Part shown: positions 56,365-64,000 of the stretch, piece after piece
Layout of the letters: each line of letters opens with the position of its first letter
Numbering within the stretch: position 1 is the first letter of the stretch
NCBI GenBank assembly: GCA_036488585.1
Contig: DASXHH010000002.1
Span: forward strand, 12 to 64,011
Origin: Candidatus Saccharimonadia bacterium
GTDB taxonomy: Bacteria; Patescibacteriota; Saccharimonadia; UBA4664
Direction of reading: 5' to 3'
DNA length: 64,000 nt
Made by a program: the position numbers and the translations under genes
The notes under the pieces: generated by a model
What the model saw: the letters and a program-made list of their open reading frames with translations, nothing else
What the model was told of the DNA's origin: nothing
Database searches by the model: none

Positions 56365-58161
56365 CTAACGGTCGCGTTTAATATAGGCGACTTGGGCGGG
56401 GGTGAGGCGGAAAATGCCCTCATCGAGGCGGACCTGATCGAAGTAATGGGCCATGAAGCCGACGCTACGGGAGAGGACGAAGAGGGCATTGAAGAACTCG
56501 TGGTCAACGAGGTCGTGCAGCTCAGCCGCGGTGAAGCCTTCTTTTTCTGCCAGCAGGTCGAGCAGGATGGCGGCGATGGCACCATCAACGTTGAGGATGA
56601 GGTTGCCCTTCTTACGGACGGTCTCGGCCTCAACGCCGCGGGCGAAAGTGGTGAAACGGGCAGTCTCGAGAGAAGTGGCGAACTGAAGGAGACGCTCGAC
56701 GCGCGGGTCTGGTAGGTCAACGCGGTACTTGCGGTGGCCGATGCCGGAGATGTAGTGACGCTTCGCAGCCAGTTCTTCGACCAGGGCGGCCGGGGTGAGA
56801 CCACGCTCGACGCCGTCGAGCCAGGTGGCGGCCGCCTGGTTGATAGCACCACCGAAGCGTGGGCCAATAGTGAGCAGGCCGGAAGCAAGGCTGGAGACGA
56901 GGTCTTTGCCGGCCCGGGCGGAGACGATGGTGTTAACGGCCCCAGACACATAGGGGCCGTGATCTACCAGCAGGCGCAAAACAAAGTCGACGAATTGCTC
57001 GAGTTCGGGGCTGGAGGTCTGGCGGCCGAGGAACATGGAGATAACGATGCGGGCAAAGGAGTTATTGCTGGCAAACTGAAGTAACTCAGCGTCGAGCAGG
57101 CGGACTTCGTCGCCACGGTCGCCGGAGACGGAACTGGCCATGAGGGTGGGGCGGCGATCGGCGAGGGCGGCTGAGCGGTTTTCAGGTTCCCCGGGCGTGG
57201 CATGCGGTAGGGCGGCGATGGCATCAACTAACTCGCCGAAAGAATTGGCAGCGTGAGCACCGGCGGCGGCGAGGGCTTCACGCTTGGCCCGGGCCGATTC
57301 GTCCGCGCGCGTTGCCATGGCCTTGGCGTGGCCAAACTGGGGCGGGGTCTCGAACAGGTCGGCGACGGTGCCGGCGATGTAGGCGACCACTGGCTTAGTA
57401 ACGCGCCCGGACTGCAGCAGGTCGGCTAGTACATACTCATCGTCGCCGCCGAGTTCGCCAAAGTAGGCGATGGCCCTGGTTTCGGGGTCTGCTTCGGCTG
57501 CGAGGAAGGCCTCCTCCGGGGTTACCATCGGGAAGCGCTCCCCTCCCAGGGCCAGGCTAAATGACAAGGCGTGCCCGGTGCTCGCGACGGTGCGGATAAC
57601 CTCGTTTACCATGCCACCGGACGAAGAAATTACGGCCACTGAGCCGGACGTAAACAAGCGCGATTGTTCGAGCTGATGTGCTTGGGTGCCCCCTATGGCA
57701 CCTAATTTGAGCACACCGGGCACCACCAGGCCGACGCTGGCTCCCCCGATTACCCAAAGACCACGGCGGCCGGCCTCGTCGTACAGTTCAATGGCATGGC
57801 GCTCAGGTAGGCCTTCGGCAAAGACCACTCCGCCAATCAGGGCCGGCAGTTTGTCCATGGCTTCGCGGGTGGAGCGCAGCACACGGCGGCCAGATGAGAG
57901 GTTGAGAAACAGGTTAGCGTGCTTTCGGGTAGACGCAGGAACGTGGTCCAGGGTGGCGCAGACCGGCAACATGACCTCGTCGGGGCCGAAGAAGTAGCGC
58001 TCGTGTTTACGACCGGTAGCCACGATGGCATCGACGCTAGGACGCTTACGGCCAGCTAGGTAATCGAAGTCGAGGATGGACTGAACGATACCCCGGTGGC
58101 TGCCCAGGCAGACAATATGGGGATCGAGCTGGCGCAGATTGGTGATGTCGATGGCGGACAT
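56365..58161 (-). CDS. aclA: ATP-citrate lyase alpha subunit (CoA-binding, ligase and citryl-CoA lyase domains)
   Basis: FAEGLPE, SSSGGM, GELGG, QFGHA phospho-His, DHGPYVSGA, GIGHR, LILNVDG. Confidence 0.9.
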   Translation of the reverse strand: MSAIDITNLRQLDPHIVCLGSHRGIVQSILDFDYLAGRKRPSVDAIVATGRKHERYFFGPDEVMLPVCATLDHVPASTRKHANLFLNLSSGRRVLRSTREAMDKLPALIGGVVFAEGLPERHAIELYDEAGRRGLWVIGGASVGLVVPGVLKLGAIGGTQAHQLEQSRLFTSGSVAVISSSGGMVNEVIRTVASTGHALSFSLALGGERFPMVTPEEAFLAAEADPETRAIAYFGELGGDDEYVLADLLQSGRVTKPVVAYIAGTVADLFETPPQFGHAKAMATRADESARAKREALAAAGAHAANSFGELVDAIAALPHATPGEPENRSAALADRRPTLMASSVSGDRGDEVRLLDAELLQFASNNSFARIVISMFLGRQTSSPELEQFVDFVLRLLVDHGPYVSGAVNTIVSARAGKDLVSSLASGLLTIGPRFGGAINQAAATWLDGVERGLTPAALVEELAAKRHYISGIGHRKYRVDLPDPRVERLLQFATSLETARFTTFARGVEAETVRKKGNLILNVDGAIAAILLDLLAEKEGFTAAELHDLVDHEFFNALFVLSRSVGFMAHYFDQVRLDEGIFRLTPAQVAYIKRDR

Positions 58162-59351
58162 TAGTTAACCTCCGTATTTTCAAGGCTTTGGGCCGCGGCC
58201 GGAATGATCTTAGACATGGTGAGCTCAGGACCGGCGACCAGACCGTGCAGGCCCTCCCGGATGAGGAAGGCCTCCATTTGGGCGAGACCCTCGACCTCAT
58301 GTGGGCCGCCACGGCGCACGAACACCTTGATTTGCTGGGCGCGCAGCTGCTCCTTAGTCTCGTCCAGAGCCCGGATAACACCCTTGAGGGTCTGGCGAAT
58401 ATCGGTGAAGTTGGCCACTCCCCCGCCGATGATTAGGACTTTGCGAGGTGAATTTGATTTGAGCATGAGGCTTAAGACCTGGCGGGTGTAGAGATAGGTT
58501 TCTTCAACATTGGGGTTGCCGGAATACTCGCCGTAGTTGGCTAGCTGGGCGCCGTAGCCGAGGTTGGCAACCTCGTCGGCCATGACGATGCTGGCGCCGC
58601 CGCCGGACAACAGTAGGAAGAAGGCGCCATCGGGGTTAATGACTTTGAGGGCGAAGGAGGCTTGGGACTGGCTTGCTAGCTCAACCACGGCCTGCTCTTC
58701 TGGGGTTTTGGTGCCGAGCTCGCGGAAGTCGGCCGGGGTCCAGCGCTCATGCACGAAGGGGGCGGCTTGGTCATCCACTTCTACGGCGGCATCTAGGAAT
58801 TGGGGTACCCCCGACGTGACCACGAGCGGATTGATTTCGAGGAAGGAACAATAGTTGTCCTGGAAGACGGCGGCGAGACGATCGAGGGAACCTGATGATA
58901 GGCCAAGGGTGTCCTCGATGCGGCCGGAGCTAGAGGGCACCAGATGTTCGCGGACGATTTCAGAAGCTTGGGATTCAACGTTGATGCCGCCAAGCTTGGA
59001 GAACATCACCATATTGCCGGCTCGGGCCCGCTCGATAGCGAGGTAGTACTCGGCGGAATCTTCATGAGGAGCGAAGGGTTCCACGAGCAGGTAACGGTAA
59101 CCTTTGGCGACGAGGGATTCGAGGGCCTGGGGAACGTCACTTGATGCAACGTCGAGCAGCACGAGTCCCTGTTTGAAGCGGCCCTTCACACCTTGATCGA
59201 CCTTAACCACAAACCGTCCTTCGGGCTGCAGGCGCTTGAGCTGGGATGCCAGCGGGCGGTCGGCATCGACCGAGATGCCGTGGTAAGGCAGGCCGAGAGC
59301 GTCGCTTAGGATGGTTTTGGCACGGTATTCTGAGATCTTTTTTCGCGGCAC
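58161..59351 (-). CDS. aclB: ATP-citrate lyase beta subunit (ATP-grasp and citrate-binding domains)
   Basis: KISEYRAK, LEINPL, GGGAS, NYGEYSGNP, GGGVANFT, RRGGP. Confidence 0.9.
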   Translation of the reverse strand: MPRKKISEYRAKTILSDALGLPYHGISVDADRPLASQLKRLQPEGRFVVKVDQGVKGRFKQGLVLLDVASSDVPQALESLVAKGYRYLLVEPFAPHEDSAEYYLAIERARAGNMVMFSKLGGINVESQASEIVREHLVPSSSGRIEDTLGLSSGSLDRLAAVFQDNYCSFLEINPLVVTSGVPQFLDAAVEVDDQAAPFVHERWTPADFRELGTKTPEEQAVVELASQSQASFALKVINPDGAFFLLLSGGGASIVMADEVANLGYGAQLANYGEYSGNPNVEETYLYTRQVLSLMLKSNSPRKVLIIGGGVANFTDIRQTLKGVIRALDETKEQLRAQQIKVFVRRGGPHEVEGLAQMEAFLIREGLHGLVAGPELTMSKIIPAAAQSLENTEVN

Positions 59352-59389
59352 TGCGAACCTCTCGTAACACCGCCATGATACCCGTCGGG

Positions 59390-60313
59390 TTAGTTCTTGG
59401 CTAGGCGTACTTGGAAGGCGACGATGGTCTGGCGGAGGCCGTCTTCGAGCGAAACTTCGGGTTTCCAGCCGAGTTCGCGCTGAACTTTGGTGGTATCGGC
59501 CAGGAGTTCGGGCGGATCACCGGCGCGTTTGCTGAGGTCTTGGATGGTGGTGCGCTTACCGGTGAGTTTAAAGATAAGTTCGACAACGTCTTTGACCTTG
59601 GTGGCCCGGCCTGAGCCGAGGTTATAAACGTGGAGGCCATCGTGGTTTAGGCCCATGAGGTGAGCGCGAGCGATGTCGTCTACAAAGAAGAAGTCGCGGG
59701 TTTGCTGGCCGTTCCAATAAAGCGGGATGGGCCGGCCGGTGAGAGTGGCTTTGATAAAGTTCGGAACAGCGTGAGTTTCGGGATCATGGGCCTCAGTGGG
59801 GCCGTAGGGGTTGAAGTAACGGAACATGGTGGCGTGGAAGCCGTATGAAGCGTGATAGGCATGCAGCAAGGCCTCGAAGGCGAGCTTGGTGGCACCATAG
59901 GGGTTGATGGGCAGTGTGGGGTCGGTTTCTTTAATGGGCACGCGAGTGGGATCGCCATAAACGGCGGCGGACGAAGAGTAGACGATGCGCTTTACGCCGT
60001 GCTTGCGCATAGCCTCGAGCAAGTTTATGCCGCCGCCGAGGTTGATATCGAAGGCTTTCTGGGGGTCGGCGACGGATTCGGGGACGAGGGCCTGACCGGC
60101 GAGGTGCACAACGGCGTCGTGGCCGCTTACGGCCCGGGAGACGGCCACGAGGTCGCGGAGGTCGCCCTCGATAAGGGTGGCGTTGTCGGGGACGGAGTCT
60201 TTATGCCCCACCGACAGGTCATCGAAGACAGTAACCTGGTGGTCGGCCTCAAGCAATTTGGCAGCCACTCGCCCGCCGACGAATCCGGCCCCACCTGTTA
60301 CAAGAAGTTTCAT
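59390..60313 (-). CDS. galE: UDP-glucose 4-epimerase
   Basis: TGGAGFVG, SSSAAVYG, PYGATK, RYFN. Confidence 0.85.
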   Translation of the reverse strand: MKLLVTGGAGFVGGRVAAKLLEADHQVTVFDDLSVGHKDSVPDNATLIEGDLRDLVAVSRAVSGHDAVVHLAGQALVPESVADPQKAFDINLGGGINLLEAMRKHGVKRIVYSSSAAVYGDPTRVPIKETDPTLPINPYGATKLAFEALLHAYHASYGFHATMFRYFNPYGPTEAHDPETHAVPNFIKATLTGRPIPLYWNGQQTRDFFFVDDIARAHLMGLNHDGLHVYNLGSGRATKVKDVVELIFKLTGKRTTIQDLSKRAGDPPELLADTTKVQRELGWKPEVSLEDGLRQTIVAFQVRLAKN

Positions 60314-60396
60314 GGTGGGTATTGTAGCACCAAGGATCTAGAGCGCGGCCGGATGACGGCTTGCTTGAGCTCATTCGGCCACGGTACTCTAATGTT

Positions 60397-61278
60397 ATGC
60401 CATGGCAAATAGCTATAAGCCTTTCAATAATGGCGAACGTGGTAACGGCTTTAATCCAGCGGCGTTACTCGCAAAGATCGTCCGCACCAGCTACCTTCCC
60501 GCCGGCGGTGTCCTATCTGTTGGGTGTTTGTCCGCTGGGCATTTTGGTAGGCCTCTTGCTCCCCCACCAGATCCATTGGTCGTGGTTAATTGTCTGGCTG
60601 ATAGTTCTTAACAGCGTGGTGATGGCCATTTCCAATTGGATAAGCTTCGCGGCGGTGTCCCGGCTGCCGGTGGTCCAGTACCAGACGATCAACCAGTTTT
60701 ATGAGGTGGTCGTAATATGCCTGGGCTGGGTCGTTTTGGGAGAGAGATTGAACGGCTTTCAGCTGACCGGCACCGCCTTGTTGTTTGTGGCAGCGCTACT
60801 CGCCATCCGGGCCCCAGTAAAAAACCTGGAGAAGTCTCATCAAAAAATCCACTTCCAATCTGTGGTTTTAACTTTGGCAGCCGCTACTACGTTGGGAATA
60901 GCCCTGATCATTGAAAAGGCCGCCCTTGGCCATATGGATATCGGTGCTTATTTAATTTTCGGTTACTCTGCCCAAACCGTGGCGATGCTGGTCCTGGCAA
61001 TCAAGGACGTAAATAGGCGGACGCTGCGGGCGTTTGGTAAACGGGAGATCAAATGGTCGGCAGCGATGGGCTGGGCGAATGCGATAACGGGCGTATTTTA
61101 CGTAATGGCAATCGTATTTTCTAATAATATCTCGCTGGTGACAGCGATAGCAGCCATCACATTGCCGCTGCTTGCGCTCGGAGCCTTTGTGGCACTCAAA
61201 GAGCGTGAGAACCAAAGCATGCTCTGGCTGGGATTAGGGGTCGGCTTTTTGGGGCTACTGGTGACAGCGATCCCTTAA
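60397..61278 (+). CDS. EamA/DMT family transporter
   Basis: About ten TM segments in two repeats (LGERL, LKERE). Confidence 0.75.
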   Translation: MPWQIAISLSIMANVVTALIQRRYSQRSSAPATFPPAVSYLLGVCPLGILVGLLLPHQIHWSWLIVWLIVLNSVVMAISNWISFAAVSRLPVVQYQTINQFYEVVVICLGWVVLGERLNGFQLTGTALLFVAALLAIRAPVKNLEKSHQKIHFQSVVLTLAAATTLGIALIIEKAALGHMDIGAYLIFGYSAQTVAMLVLAIKDVNRRTLRAFGKREIKWSAAMGWANAITGVFYVMAIVFSNNISLVTAIAAITLPLLALGAFVALKERENQSMLWLGLGVGFLGLLVTAIP

Positions 61279-61304
61279 GGGAGATAACTCCAGACATTAC
61301 CTGA

Positions 61305-62826
<1,522 letters not shown>

Positions 62827-62830
<4 letters not shown>

Positions 62831-63387
62831 CCGAGGCCAACCCCTGGAAGGTGAAGAGCTCGCGGGTGGTGTACGAGAACCCGTGGATGCGGGTGCGGGA
62901 AGACAGCGTGATTACCCCCACCGGCAAGGACGGTATTTACGGCGTGATGGAATCGCAGGACTCCGTGATGGTAGTGGCGCTAAACGAGCGCCACGAAGTG
63001 TTGCTGGTGCGGACTTTTTCGTACCCCGACCAGTCGTGGAACTGGGAACTGCCAGGCGGAGGCGGCGACGCGGAGGATCCGGCAGTGGCGGCGGCCAGAG
63101 AGCTGGAGGAAGAGACCGGCCTCCGGGCGCGCGTTTGGGAGAAGCTGGGCGCCACCCGAGTCTGCAACGGCTTTATGACCGAGAAGATGGCTGTGTACCT
63201 GGCCCATGACCTGACGGCTTCCGGGCATAAGGAAGTAGCGGATGAGCAGGTATCGCAGCAAAAGTTCTTTGGGCTAGCCGAGGTGGCCGGTATGGTGGCC
63301 CGGGGCGAAGTAAACGACGGCCAGAGCATTACGGGGCTATATCTGCTCGAGCGCTGGCTAGATAAACAACGTAGCAAGGAGGACTAA
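62827..63387 (+). CDS. NUDIX hydrolase (ADP-ribose pyrophosphatase-like)
   Basis: VYENPW, WELPGGG..AAARELEEETG. Confidence 0.9.
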
Positions 63388-63388
63388 A

Positions 63389-63961
63389 ATGGCAGTCGCA
63401 ACGACTGAAGTGACCGGGCATACGACCGAAATTCCGGGATTATTGGTATTCGACGTAACAACTGTGGGTGACGAGCGGGGGTGGTTTCAGGAAAAGTTCC
63501 ATAAGCAGAAGCTGGTAGCGGCCGGCCTGCCCGAGGAATTCAACGTGGTCCAAAATAGCTTAGCGTTTAATAAGCGAGGGGTAACGCGCGGGTTTCATGC
63601 TGAGCCCTGGGATAAGTATGTGTCGATCGTGAATGGTAAGGCGTTTGTGGCTTACGTGGACCTGCGCCAGGGCGAGAGTTTTGGTAGGGTAGTGTCTTTA
63701 GAGCTAGATCCGCAGAAGGCGGTGTTTGTGCCGGCAGGCGTGGGTAATTCTTACCAGTGCCTGACTGATGATTTGTACTATCTGTACAGCGTGAACCAGC
63801 ACTGGACGCCGGATGCCTACGAGAAGTACACATTTGTCAACCTGGGCGACCCTGAGCTGGACGTGAGGTGGCCGATAGCATTGGACAAGGCGATTTTGTC
63901 GGATAAGGACCGGAACCATCCGCTACTGAAAAATGTTAAACCGATGGAGGTACAAGCGTGA
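63389..63961 (+). CDS. rmlC: dTDP-4-dehydrorhamnose 3,5-epimerase
   Basis: GDERGWF, VTRGFHAEPW, VDLR, LSDKD. Confidence 0.95.
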   Translation: MAVATTEVTGHTTEIPGLLVFDVTTVGDERGWFQEKFHKQKLVAAGLPEEFNVVQNSLAFNKRGVTRGFHAEPWDKYVSIVNGKAFVAYVDLRQGESFGRVVSLELDPQKAVFVPAGVGNSYQCLTDDLYYLYSVNQHWTPDAYEKYTFVNLGDPELDVRWPIALDKAILSDKDRNHPLLKNVKPMEVQA

Positions 63962-64000
63962 AGGCGATAATAATCGGAGCGTACGGGCAGCTGGGTAAGG
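63958..64000 (+). CDS. rmlD: dTDP-4-dehydrorhamnose reductase, 5' fragment
   Basis: GTG start overlapping the rmlC stop; MKAIIIGAYGQLGK. Confidence 0.7.
   Translation, partial: MKAIIIGAYGQLGK

Overview
Bacterial chromosomal DNA in the standard genetic code. It is probably from Patescibacteria/CPR (Saccharibacteria-like), an inference from gene content and a TTCGG-N6-TTCGG LexA box. The window holds three tRNAs (fMet, Ile2-CAT, Asn), envelope and sugar-nucleotide genes (glmS, manC, galE, rmlB/C/D, VanW, GT2), lexA, a two-subunit ATP-citrate lyase, an ApbE/FMN-binding/ferric-reductase module, two ABC systems, an OmpR-family two-component system, an AbrB-Doc toxin-antitoxin pair beside a replication-relaxation gene, and many small accessory genes and orphans. 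The standout is a highly divergent F-type ATPase operon (14591-21706). It has no subunit a, and the c-subunit slot is filled by a signal-peptide-bearing protein with a large extracellular beta-rich domain fused to a c-like hairpin (GRNP loop) lacking the ion-binding carboxylate at its usual position. This may be an ion-uncoupled rotary machine. Other observations: a TCTCAG box at a fixed distance from the -10 element in five promoters (candidate envelope/redox regulon), serial tRNA-3'-end scars dividing a cassette-like array after tRNA-Asn, and many apparently leaderless promoters. All assignments come from motif recognition by eye; no searches were run.
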